Translations under genes and position numbers: made by a program
Shown: positions 46,055-55,565 of the stretch, piece after piece
Layout of the letters: every line of letters starts with the position of its first letter
Position numbering within the stretch: the first letter of the stretch is position 1
The notes under the pieces: model-generated
Seen by the model: the letters and a program-made list of their open reading frames with translations, nothing else
Told to the model about the DNA's origin: nothing
Databases searched by the model: none
NCBI GenBank assembly: GCA_040758355.1
Contig: JBFLWF010000004.1
Span: forward strand, 32,001 to 96,000
Reading direction: 5' to 3'
DNA length: 64,000 bases
Origin: Nitrospirota bacterium
GTDB lineage: Bacteria > Nitrospirota > Thermodesulfovibrionia > Thermodesulfovibrionales > Dissulfurispiraceae

Positions 46055-47143
46055 ATGCATGATATTGTTAATGCAGCGGCTAATTTTATCAACCTCGATA
46101 TAGTGAATATAACTTACCTGTTTCTGGTAGGTTTTGTCGGTGGTCTTGTAAGCGGGTTTATCGGCTCGGGCGGTGCATTCGTTCTCACACCTGGCATGAT
46201 GAGCCTGGGCGTGCCGGGCCTTGTGGCAGTTGCAAGCAATATGTGCCACAAGTTCCCCAAGGCATTGGTCGGCGCAATCAAGCGCGCAAAGTACGGACAG
46301 GTTGATGTAAAACTTGGCATAGTGCTCGGCATCTCTGCCGAGGCCGGCGTTCTTTATGGAGCACATATACAGGAAAACATTAAGAAGGCATTCGGTGATG
46401 CAGGCTCAAACCTGTATGTCAGCGCTGCCTTTGTAGTGATTCTCGCTGTTGTGGGAACATTTGTATTGAGGGATGCATGGAAAACCTACAAATCTGGAAG
46501 TACTCACGAGGAAGAGAAGGTTACGAAGATTGCAAAATGGGTACAGTCAATTAACATCCCCGGTACGATGGTATATTTCAAGAGCCTTAATGCGAGGATT
46601 TCGGTGCTGTTCACCATTCCCCTCGGTTTTGCTACAGGCATGCTTGCAGCAACAATCGCAGTGGGAGGCTTCATCGGTGTTCCTTCTATGATCTATGTCC
46701 TCGGTGCGCCAAGCCTTATGGCATCCGCAACCGAGTTGGTTATTGCCTTTGTAATGGGATTGGGAGGCTCGTTCAAATATGCAATGCACGGTCTTGTTGA
46801 CATTCGCCTTGCAATGATCATCCTCGGCGGCTCTCTCTTCGGCATACAGTTGGGCGCAATAGGAACAACATATGTAAAGCCCTTCATGATTAAGGTGGTA
46901 ATGGGCGTTATAATGGTAATAGTCCTCTTCAGCCGTGCATTAATGGTGCCTGTATATATGTCCCAGTTAGGGCTTATCGGACAATTGGGCGATACCACTG
47001 TAAAGGCATTGAAGAGCACAAGCTTTGCCATAATGATATTCGCATTGGCACTCGGTGCATTTATAGTCCTGAAGGCGATGTGGCAGGGACGCAGAGCAGA
47101 AAAATTGTCTGCACAGGAAGTTATCGGACATAGCAAAGTGTAA
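46055..47143 (+). CDS. TauE/SafE (sulfite exporter) family protein
   Basis: GFIGSGGAFVLTP, AVGGFIGVP; multi-TM. Confidence 0.88.
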   Translation: MHDIVNAAANFINLDIVNITYLFLVGFVGGLVSGFIGSGGAFVLTPGMMSLGVPGLVAVASNMCHKFPKALVGAIKRAKYGQVDVKLGIVLGISAEAGVLYGAHIQENIKKAFGDAGSNLYVSAAFVVILAVVGTFVLRDAWKTYKSGSTHEEEKVTKIAKWVQSINIPGTMVYFKSLNARISVLFTIPLGFATGMLAATIAVGGFIGVPSMIYVLGAPSLMASATELVIAFVMGLGGSFKYAMHGLVDIRLAMIILGGSLFGIQLGAIGTTYVKPFMIKVVMGVIMVIVLFSRALMVPVYMSQLGLIGQLGDTTVKALKSTSFAIMIFALALGAFIVLKAMWQGRRAEKLSAQEVIGHSKV

Positions 47144-47162
47144 CTATGGGCCGAGTATAGTT

Positions 47163-48017
47163 ATGGGAAGGTATAAGAAAATGTTAGTGGCAATTGACGG
47201 CTCTGAATCCAGCATGCATGCATTGAAGGAGTCGTTCAAACTTGCCAGAAATGAAAAGAGCTGGATAACTGTTGTTTCTGTTGTGCCCGAGTATAAAGGC
47301 GACCTCGACCTGGTAGCGGTTGGAAATGTTATGGCATCCATGAGAAGACCCTGTGAAGATGCCCTTCATAAGGCTGAAGAACTGGCAAAGGCCGAAGGCG
47401 CATTGATAAAAACCGTGTGTGAAGAAGGCGAGGCATACGAGAGAATTATTGACCTTGCAGAGACAGAAAACTGCGAGCTGATAATAATGGGAAGAAGGGG
47501 ATCGAGCCGCCTTGAAAGGGCACTTGTCGGAAGCGTTACTGCAAGGGTCATAGGCTATAGCCAGAGGGATGTCCTTGTCGTGCCAAAAGATGCCGAAATA
47601 GGCTGGAGGAAAATCCTTGTAGCTACAGATGGCTCTAAATACAGCAAGACCGCAATATTGAGGGCAGTGGATTTTGCATCTGCATATGGAGGGGAGCTTA
47701 AAGTTCTCTCCATCGTTGATCTGCCTTCGGAATTTTATGGAGAAGCACCTCAGGCTGTTGAGGATCTGATAAAAAAGGCAAAGACATATGTTGAAGACGC
47801 AGCTAAACAGGCAGAATCAGAAGGGATAAATGTCGAGACATTTGTCAGGGAAGGCGAGGCTTACATGATGATACTTGATGTTGCAGAAGACCTCAATGCA
47901 GATGCCATAGTAATGGGGTCTCATGGAAGAACAGGATTAAGAAGGCTCCTTATGGGAAGCATTACCGAGAAGGTCATCGGGTATGCGTCTTGCCCTGTGC
48001 TTGTGGTAAAGTCGTAG
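47163..48017 (+). CDS. Tandem universal stress protein
   Basis: Two Usp domains (AIDGS/ATDGS; GSVT/GSIT; CPVLVV). Confidence 0.92.
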   Translation: MGRYKKMLVAIDGSESSMHALKESFKLARNEKSWITVVSVVPEYKGDLDLVAVGNVMASMRRPCEDALHKAEELAKAEGALIKTVCEEGEAYERIIDLAETENCELIIMGRRGSSRLERALVGSVTARVIGYSQRDVLVVPKDAEIGWRKILVATDGSKYSKTAILRAVDFASAYGGELKVLSIVDLPSEFYGEAPQAVEDLIKKAKTYVEDAAKQAESEGINVETFVREGEAYMMILDVAEDLNADAIVMGSHGRTGLRRLLMGSITEKVIGYASCPVLVVKS

Positions 48018-48023
48018 GGAGGA

Positions 48024-49637
48024 ATGTCGCTCAAGAAAAAAATAGCCCTCGGTTTTTTAATAAGCGCGTTTATCATTGCCATCCTCGCAGCATTCGAATA
48101 CATCAATTTCATCGAGATAAAAAAAGAGATAAGGAACCTTGAGCTTACCGACACAATAAGAAGCAAATCCCTTCAATTGAGAAGGCACGAGAAGAATTTC
48201 TTCCTCTACGGGATGCCGAAAGCTGTTGAGGAGTCAGAGGCTATTCATAAATATCTGAATGAGCTAAATGCCATCCTTGACAATAATCTCACAATTGATA
48301 AGACGGGCAAACTTTCCTATCTTAAGAAACGAATAAAGGAATATGGCGGAAGGTTCAATAAAATAGAGTCTTCAGTAAAAGACCTGACAGATGAGTTCGA
48401 AAAGATAAAGGACTCTTATGCCAGATACCATAAATTTTTCCCGCTCATAGAATCGACCTTTCTGGAGAGGCCGCATCAGGCAGCGGAATTTTTAGAGAAG
48501 GTTTTTTTATTGCCGCCTAATCACAGGCTTGTTATGGGACCGAGGGAGCTATATTCAGATATACAGATTCTCAGGAAGGACGGAGAAGACATAATCAATA
48601 TATCCAAGGATCTGGATAAAGTTGCGAGGGAAAATACAGAAGGCGTTATTCACATGTCTCAGATTGCGATCCTCATATTTTTCCCGTTGTTTCTTGTTGT
48701 AGGGATCGGGATGCTCTTTGTTATAAGCAATAATGTCGTGAACAGATTAAGACTGCTCATAGACTTTGTAGAGAAAACAGGGAAAGGGGATTACTCCCAC
48801 ATACCTGTTTCGTCCCAGAAGGCGGGGTCTCCAAAAAATCTAAGGATTTTTTGGGGTGAAGGTGACGAGGTTGGCGTTCTCATTCGAGAATTTAATGACA
48901 TGGAAAATCAACTGTCTCAGAGGGAAGAGGAGCTGGACAGAAAGAACAAAGAACTGCTCCAGTCCAAGAAGCTGGCAGCCATAGGAACCCTTGCATCGGG
49001 TGTTGCACATGAACTCAATAATCCGCTCAACAATATCTACATCTCTGCCCAGGTACTCGAAAGGGAGGCAAAGGATGAATGCTCTCCCATGATAAAGGAG
49101 ACCTTAGACGATATTATCGGTCAGACTTTAAGGGTGAAGCGCATCGTCGGCGACCTCCTCGAATTTGCAAGAGGTAAAGAACCTCAATCGAGGGAATTTG
49201 AACTTAATGAGCTTTTGATGGGGGCATACAAACTCGTAAGCACGACTACAAATACCGAAGGTATTAATTTCGTGATGGATACCGATCCTGCTGGTGTAAT
49301 AATAAATGCAGACAATGAACAGATGGAAAGGGTTTTTATTAACTTATTTACCAATGCCGTTGATGCCATGTCTGGAAAGGGCAGTCTGGACGTGAAGGTC
49401 ATGAAAGAAGCGGATTCCGTGACAATAAAGGTGTCGGATACCGGAAGAGGCATGCCTGCCGATGCTGTGGAAAAGATATTTGAGCCGTTTTATACTACAA
49501 AGGATAAGGGCACGGGTCTTGGGCTTGCCATTGTCTTTAATATAATCAAAAAACACGGCGGCGATATATCGGTAGAAAGCGGAGAGGGAAGGGGAACAAT
49601 TTTCACCATAACATTACCCGAGGAAAGACAGCCATGA
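48024..49637 (+). CDS. HAMP sensor histidine kinase
   Basis: AHELNNPL, NAVDAM, DTGRG, GTGLGL; sensor motif RRHEKNF resembles RRFEKNY of the kinase at 43239. Confidence 0.92.
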   Translation: MSLKKKIALGFLISAFIIAILAAFEYINFIEIKKEIRNLELTDTIRSKSLQLRRHEKNFFLYGMPKAVEESEAIHKYLNELNAILDNNLTIDKTGKLSYLKKRIKEYGGRFNKIESSVKDLTDEFEKIKDSYARYHKFFPLIESTFLERPHQAAEFLEKVFLLPPNHRLVMGPRELYSDIQILRKDGEDIINISKDLDKVARENTEGVIHMSQIAILIFFPLFLVVGIGMLFVISNNVVNRLRLLIDFVEKTGKGDYSHIPVSSQKAGSPKNLRIFWGEGDEVGVLIREFNDMENQLSQREEELDRKNKELLQSKKLAAIGTLASGVAHELNNPLNNIYISAQVLEREAKDECSPMIKETLDDIIGQTLRVKRIVGDLLEFARGKEPQSREFELNELLMGAYKLVSTTTNTEGINFVMDTDPAGVIINADNEQMERVFINLFTNAVDAMSGKGSLDVKVMKEADSVTIKVSDTGRGMPADAVEKIFEPFYTTKDKGTGLGLAIVFNIIKKHGGDISVESGEGRGTIFTITLPEERQP

Positions 49638-50983
49638 ACTTTAAGATTCTCATTGCAGAGGATGAAGATATAACGCTGAAGCATCTTGTCCATACCCTTA
49701 CAAAAGAAGGATATGAGGTGGCCGGCACAAAGAACGGCTGTGAGGCCATTGAAAAAATGGAGCATGAACATTTTGATGTGCTCATAACTGACATCAAGAT
49801 GCCGGAGATGAACGGAATAGAGCTTTTGGAAAATGCAAAGAAAAAGGACTACGAAATAGAGGTCTTAATCGTTACAGGTTTCGGCAGCATAGGCTCTGCA
49901 GTAGAAGCAATGAAGAAAGGGGCATACGAATACATCACAAAGCCCTTTGATCTGGATGAACTGATCCTCAAGATAAAGAATCTATACGAAAGAAAGATGC
50001 TGAAAAAAGAGAATGTGGCGTTAAAGGCATTTTTCGGCATGAACAAAAAGGTTTCCATTATCGCAAAGAGCGAGAGCATGAAGCACATACTTGATGTTAT
50101 CGAAAGCATCAAGGACTCCGACTGCAATGTCCTCCTAACAGGAGAAAGCGGCGTTGGAAAGAGCCTTCTGGCAAAGATAATCCATTTTACGAGCAGGAGG
50201 CAGAACATGCCATTCCTTTCCATAAACTGCGCCACCCTTACAGAAGAGCTTCTTGCCAGCGAACTGTTTGGACACGAAAGGGGTGCTTTTACAGGTGCGA
50301 TAAGGACAAAACAGGGACTTGTGGAAATTGCCGATAAAGGCACGCTTTTCCTCGATGAGATTGCAGAGATGGCAACAAACCTTCAGGCAAAGCTCCTCAA
50401 GGTAATAGAAGAGGGAGAATTCTTCAGGGTCGGAGGAACAAGGCCCATAAAGGTGGATGTGAGATTCATAGCAGCAACAAATCAGAATGTGAGGAGCGCC
50501 ATATCCGAAGGGAAGTTCAGGGAAGACCTTTACTACAGGCTGAATGTAATGGAGATATTCATTCCGCCCTTAAGGGACCGCGGGGATGACATCGAGCCGT
50601 TGAGCAGCTATTTTCTGCAGAAACATCTACCCAAATCCAGTAAAAAGATAAAAGGCATTTCGAAAGAGGCAATGAGCATCCTCAGGCATTACAGTTTTCC
50701 TGGCAATGTAAGGGAACTTGAGAATATCATCGAGAGGGCCATAATCCTTGAGAGGAGCACCCTTATTACCCCTGAAAGCCTTCCCCGGAGCATCGCCATG
50801 TTCCAGATAGAAACCATCGAGCCGGGGAAGATTAAGACCATGGACGAAATTAACAGGGAGTATGCGGAAAAGGTTGTGGAAATGTTCGGAGGCAATAAGT
50901 CGAAGGCTGCGGAGGTGCTTGGCATATCGAGGACAAGCCTCTGGAGGGTATTAAAAGAGGAACAGTCCGTTGATTCAAACTGA
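49634..50983 (+). CDS. Sigma54-dependent NtrC-family response regulator
   Basis: Receiver, GESGVGKS, GAFTGA, HTH. Confidence 0.93.
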   Translation: MNFKILIAEDEDITLKHLVHTLTKEGYEVAGTKNGCEAIEKMEHEHFDVLITDIKMPEMNGIELLENAKKKDYEIEVLIVTGFGSIGSAVEAMKKGAYEYITKPFDLDELILKIKNLYERKMLKKENVALKAFFGMNKKVSIIAKSESMKHILDVIESIKDSDCNVLLTGESGVGKSLLAKIIHFTSRRQNMPFLSINCATLTEELLASELFGHERGAFTGAIRTKQGLVEIADKGTLFLDEIAEMATNLQAKLLKVIEEGEFFRVGGTRPIKVDVRFIAATNQNVRSAISEGKFREDLYYRLNVMEIFIPPLRDRGDDIEPLSSYFLQKHLPKSSKKIKGISKEAMSILRHYSFPGNVRELENIIERAIILERSTLITPESLPRSIAMFQIETIEPGKIKTMDEINREYAEKVVEMFGGNKSKAAEVLGISRTSLWRVLKEEQSVDSN

Positions 50984-51196
50984 TCCTCTCAGAGGACACA
51001 CCAACGATACCTTAAGCCATTCGCAAATTTAAAGTATCTCACACTTTAGTTGTTCCAGATTAAAATAACAATGTCTATCAGTGTGCAATATTCCATGCCT
51101 ACTTTTCTATAACAAGCGTTCACTTTTGTTCAAAATTGAAACATCAAAATATCCTCCTGTCTTAAGAATGTTTTTAAAAAACAAACACTTGCCAGC

Positions 51197-51212
51197 AGGC
51201 ATGCCTCTTGCC
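51197..51212 (+). promoter_or_regulatory. Sigma54 -24/-12 promoter
   Basis: AGGCATGCCTCTTGCC; imperfect palindrome TGTTCAAAATTGAAACA upstream. Confidence 0.6.
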
Positions 51213-51248
51213 CTTATTGTTCTTAGATTTCAAATGCAGGAGGTGGCG

Positions 51249-51749
51249 ATGAAGAGAAAACAGCTTTTGTTTGTCGCCTATCATGACGAGGGTTTTGACG
51301 AAGGGCTTTCTTATGCCCTCGACCTTGCAAGGACCATGAACGACACCATTACTGTATTGATGATTTACAAGAGAAAGGCGATGGAAAGATTTGAAGACAT
51401 GATGGCAGCGGTTACCTTTGCAGAGGCCAATGAACATAAAACAGCGAGGGAACTGATAAAGGAGGATTATGAGAGAAACAATGAGGACTATGAAAGAAAG
51501 ATTGCTGGATTAAAAGAGAGGTGCGCTCAGGCAGGTGTTACAGCAGATGTCAGCTTTGCAGTGATGGATGTATTGTCCGCTGTAAGAAATTTCCTCAGGC
51601 ACTGCACCGGTGTTGACATGGTTCTGTTGAGTCCGGGCATCACGAATGACGGCAGAGTTACGTCAAAGGAATTGAACAGGCTCGTAAAAATTGCATCAAG
51701 GCCTATTGTTACCATGGCCAAACAACCGAAACACGCATATGTTGCTTAA
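51249..51749 (+). CDS. Usp-like protein with internal AVTFAEA motif
   Basis: AGGAGG RBS before ATG 51249; MAAVTFAEANEHKTARE; RPIVT. Confidence 0.7.
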   Translation: MKRKQLLFVAYHDEGFDEGLSYALDLARTMNDTITVLMIYKRKAMERFEDMMAAVTFAEANEHKTARELIKEDYERNNEDYERKIAGLKERCAQAGVTADVSFAVMDVLSAVRNFLRHCTGVDMVLLSPGITNDGRVTSKELNRLVKIASRPIVTMAKQPKHAYVA

Positions 51750-51774
51750 GAAAATAAAAAAGGAGGAGTAGTAA

Positions 51775-52692
51775 ATGTATCTTTATTTGCCGGTGGCTTT
51801 GACGAGTATTAACATCTTAATCCCTGTATGTCTCGGCCTTGCTGTAGGCCTGCTTTCAGGACTCTTCGGGGTCGGAGGCGGTTTTTTGATGACGCCTCTT
51901 TTAATAATGTTCGGCATACCTTCAACGGTTGCTGCAGCAACAGACTCAAACCAGATAGTGGCAGCATCCACTTCAGGTACATATGCACACTGGAAAGTGG
52001 GCAATGTGGATTTTAAGATGGGTTTTCATCTGCTTATAGGAGGATTTATCGGAGGCCTCTTAGGAGTTCAGGCTATAAAAATCTTAAGGGCAATGGGAAA
52101 TGCGGACTTTGTGATAAAGATGACATATGTATTGATGCTTGGCATTGTCGGCACATACATGTTTATCGAGAGTTTACAGAGCTTAAAGAAAAAGAAGGCA
52201 GAAGAAGAGGAGCCGAAAAGGGAGTCTGGTGTTACCAGATTTCTTAAGTCATTGCCGCTTCAGACGCACTACGAGAAATCGGGCGTTACCCATTCAGCAA
52301 TTGTTCCCATTGTCTTTGGAGGCTTTGTTGGAGTCCTTGCAGCAGTTATGGGTGTGGGAGGAGGCTTCTTAATGGTTCCTGTAATGGTTTATATCCTCAG
52401 AATGCCTATGCATGTTGTTGTGGGCACAAGTCTTTTTCAGATACTGTTTAACTGCATAGAGGTTACGTTCCTTCAGGCATACACCAATCACAATGTGGAT
52501 TTTATCCTTGCAGTGCTGCTGCTTTTGGGATCAACAATAGGGGCTCAGGTCGGAGCCGTGTTCGGAAGGAAACTAAAGGGCGAACAGTTGAAGATAATTC
52601 TTGCAGTGATAGTGCTTGTGGTAACAGTAAAGATAATCTTTGAGATCACATTAACCCCGTCATTATTGCTTGGACAGGCAGGAGGACACTAA
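51775..52692 (+). CDS. TauE/SafE family protein
   Basis: MYLYLPVA, GLFGVGGGFLMTP, GVGGGFLMVP, GTSLFQI. Confidence 0.9.
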   Translation: MYLYLPVALTSINILIPVCLGLAVGLLSGLFGVGGGFLMTPLLIMFGIPSTVAAATDSNQIVAASTSGTYAHWKVGNVDFKMGFHLLIGGFIGGLLGVQAIKILRAMGNADFVIKMTYVLMLGIVGTYMFIESLQSLKKKKAEEEEPKRESGVTRFLKSLPLQTHYEKSGVTHSAIVPIVFGGFVGVLAAVMGVGGGFLMVPVMVYILRMPMHVVVGTSLFQILFNCIEVTFLQAYTNHNVDFILAVLLLLGSTIGAQVGAVFGRKLKGEQLKIILAVIVLVVTVKIIFEITLTPSLLLGQAGGH

Positions 52693-53474
52693 TGAATTTT
52701 AAATTTCAGATTTCAAATTTCAGATTTTTAATTTTAATTATTTTTTTGTTTTTTGCAGATAAGGCGTCTGCAGAGCTTACTGCAACTGCAAATCATGACT
52801 ACATAAAGATAAACTTTTTTTATCATGGAAGCACAGTAAGCGTAAAAGGCATATCGGACCCCGGAGCCGACCTTGTTATAAAAATAACCTCTCCTGAAGG
52901 CCATCAGGCATTGCGCAAAAAGGGAAAGGTGGCAGGTCTCCTCTGGATGAATGTGGGAGAATTGAAATTAGAACATGCGCCTAATCTCTATTTTCTGTAC
53001 AGCACAAAGAACATTGATGATATTTTAAGTCCCGAAGAGAGGGATAAGCATATGCTCGGATACGCTTCCCTAAACAGGCATATAGAAATTTCGCCAGTCC
53101 AGAGCGAGGAAGAGAAAAACAGATGGTTTAACGAATTTGTGAAATTCAAGGAAAGTTCTAAGCTTTACGGTCTGTCAACCGGGAAGATATTACTAACAGA
53201 AAAGGACGGCAAACAGAATTACTATATCCTGACAGAATGGCCGTACCAGGCGGCTCATGGTAATTATACGGTCACCGTCTATGCCGTCAAAGATAAGAGG
53301 GTTGTGGAAAAGGCAGAGGCCAATGTGATGGTGGAACAGGTGGGTACGGTAAAGACCCTTGCCAATATGGCCAAGAACAACGGGGCATTGTACGGCATCA
53401 TATCTATAGTTGCAGCACTGGGAGCAGGCTTCGGAGTGGGCATGATATTCAGAAAGGGCGGAGGAGCACACTAA
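52692..53474 (+). CDS. TIGR02186-like periplasmic partner of TauE
   Basis: Signal peptide, RKKGKVAGLLWMN, GNYTV, C-terminal LYG-TM. Confidence 0.75.
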   Translation: MNFKFQISNFRFLILIIFLFFADKASAELTATANHDYIKINFFYHGSTVSVKGISDPGADLVIKITSPEGHQALRKKGKVAGLLWMNVGELKLEHAPNLYFLYSTKNIDDILSPEERDKHMLGYASLNRHIEISPVQSEEEKNRWFNEFVKFKESSKLYGLSTGKILLTEKDGKQNYYILTEWPYQAAHGNYTVTVYAVKDKRVVEKAEANVMVEQVGTVKTLANMAKNNGALYGIISIVAALGAGFGVGMIFRKGGGAH

Positions 53475-54331
53475 TGTATAAAAACATATTAGTAGCTTTT
53501 GATGGCTCGGAAGTCAGCAGGGCAGCGCTCATAGAATCCTCAAACTGGATAAAGCGGCATGGCGGTAAAGTCATCATGGTTCATGCGGTCTATTTTGACG
53601 AAGAGGAGTTTAGCCTTGCACCAGAACAGAGGGAAGAGCGTTTTGAACTTGGTAAAAAGGTGTGCTATCAGACGAGGGAGACAATCTCATCCGAGTTCGG
53701 TATAGAAGTGGAATCCCTCGTATGCGAGGGTGAACCACCTGATGTGATAACTGATATTGCGGCGGGGAAAAAGGCGGATCTTATCGCTATGGGAACCTAT
53801 GGCAGAAAGGGATTGAAAAGACTGGTCATGGGGAGTGTGACATCGAAGGTGATCATAAATGCACCCTGCGATGTCATGGTCGTAAAGAGGCCCTGCAGTG
53901 AATGCACAGGTGAGTATGAATCAATCCTTGTACCCTTTGATGGCTCTCAATTCAGCAAAAAGGCCCTTGAGCATGCCTGCGAGCTGTCAAGAAAGGATAA
54001 TGCAGAGATAACCGTTCTGTACGTAATTCCGCGTTATGAGGAAATGGTAGGGTTTTTCAGGACAGAATCCATAAAGCAAAATCTTTATCAGGAGGCCCAG
54101 AAAATCATGGATGAAGCGAAAAAGATTGCCGTTTCCAATGGTGTATCCATAAGTACGACAATTCAGGAAGGGCAGGCAGCAGAAAAGATTATAGAAACTG
54201 CCAATGCTTTAAAGAATGATTTGATGATCATGGGAAGTTACGGGTGGAGGGGGATCAATAAGGTGATTATCGGTAGTACAACCGAAAGGGTGATAATGAA
54301 TGCCTCATGCCCAGTGCTGGTTGTGAAATAA
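53474..54331 (+). CDS. Tandem universal stress protein
   Basis: Two Usp domains. Confidence 0.92.
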   Translation: MYKNILVAFDGSEVSRAALIESSNWIKRHGGKVIMVHAVYFDEEEFSLAPEQREERFELGKKVCYQTRETISSEFGIEVESLVCEGEPPDVITDIAAGKKADLIAMGTYGRKGLKRLVMGSVTSKVIINAPCDVMVVKRPCSECTGEYESILVPFDGSQFSKKALEHACELSRKDNAEITVLYVIPRYEEMVGFFRTESIKQNLYQEAQKIMDEAKKIAVSNGVSISTTIQEGQAAEKIIETANALKNDLMIMGSYGWRGINKVIIGSTTERVIMNASCPVLVVK

Positions 54332-54380
54332 ACAACGAAATGGAGTATTGGAGTAATGGAGTATTGAGAGGTGATAGAAG

Positions 54381-54800
54381 ATGAAAGGATATAGAAAGAT
54401 TTTAATAGCAGTGAATGGCTCAAAGGATGTTCTTAAAGAAGGATTGCAGCTTGCACATGATGAAAAATGCTGGGTTACTGTTGTGAAGGTTATCCCTCCC
54501 TATGATGGAGACCTGAATCTTGTGGGCATTAAGAATATCGAGAATGTGCTGGACGGCGATGGAGCGAAGGCCATCTCCGAGATGAAGGATATTGCAAAAA
54601 AAGAGGGTGCATTGATAAAGACGAGGCTCGAAAAAGGCGAGATCGATAAAAAGATCGTAGAGGTCGCTGAAGACGAGAGATGCGATCTAATCATAATGGG
54701 AGCAGACAAGAAGAGCTGGATTAAAAAGATTTTAGGCAATAATGTTGTGGAAAAGGTCATCAATCAGGCCCCCTGCCCTGTACTGGTGGTAGAGGCATAA
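54381..54800 (+). CDS. Universal stress protein
   Basis: YRKILIAVNGS...DLIIMG...APCPVLVV. Confidence 0.9.
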   Translation: MKGYRKILIAVNGSKDVLKEGLQLAHDEKCWVTVVKVIPPYDGDLNLVGIKNIENVLDGDGAKAISEMKDIAKKEGALIKTRLEKGEIDKKIVEVAEDERCDLIIMGADKKSWIKKILGNNVVEKVINQAPCPVLVVEA

Positions 54801-54911
54801 TTCAAAGAGCTTGCACTTGCCAATTGTTTTACTATCCCCAGATGCAGCAACAAAAATAAAAATTTCATAAGGTGTATAATAGGGTTCAGAACATTCAAAG
54901 GGGAGGTAAAT

Positions 54912-55088
54912 ATGTTCGGTCTTGGATTGCCTGAGATGATGGTTGTCCTTGTTATTGCCCTTGTGGTATTTGGCCCCAGCAAGCTTCCGTCCCTCGGAAA
55001 GAGTCTTGGAGAGGCAATAAGAGGGTTCAAGAAAGGGCTTGCGGAAGAGCCATCTGAAGAAAAAAAGAAGATAGAAGCGAATAATTAG
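54912..55088 (+). CDS. tatA: Twin-arginine translocase TatA (58 aa, not in ORF track)
   Basis: GGGAGG RBS; MFGLGLPE...VVFGPSKLPSLGKSLGEAIRGFKK. Confidence 0.93.
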   Translation: MFGLGLPEMMVVLVIALVVFGPSKLPSLGKSLGEAIRGFKKGLAEEPSEEKKKIEANN

Positions 55089-55099
55089 AAACACTCGGC

Positions 55100-55498
55100 A
55101 TGTCTGAGATGATCGAAGATAAAAAGTCTTCAAAGGTGCGCAATCGCCGTGTGCACATGGCGAATGAGAGGACATTTCTTGCATGGATAAGGACGAGCAT
55201 AGGGATAATGGCCTTTGGTTTTGTTGTTGAGAAGTTCGCTTTATTCGTAAAACAGATATCATATCTTTTAGGTAAAGAAGTCATCCCTCCTCCACGCGGA
55301 TATTCATCATTCTTCGGAATCTCTCTTGTGGCTCTCGGTGCTTTGATGGGTGTACTCGCATTTATCAGGTATAAGAAAGTTGAGAAGCAAATAGATAAAG
55401 ATACATATCAGCCCTCGTTAATACTCGACGTACTGCTCACCATCTCTGTCCTTGCAATCGGGATATTTCTTGTAATATATCTGATTCATAGTGTTTAA
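55100..55498 (+). CDS. DUF202/YidH membrane protein
   Basis: ANERTFLAWIRT. Confidence 0.9.
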   Translation: MSEMIEDKKSSKVRNRRVHMANERTFLAWIRTSIGIMAFGFVVEKFALFVKQISYLLGKEVIPPPRGYSSFFGISLVALGALMGVLAFIRYKKVEKQIDKDTYQPSLILDVLLTISVLAIGIFLVIYLIHSV

Positions 55499-55565
55499 GA
55501 CTCCTTTAAAATTTCAGGCAAAAGTTTTATAATACCAAGCCTTTTAAGAGGAGTATAATTTAAAC

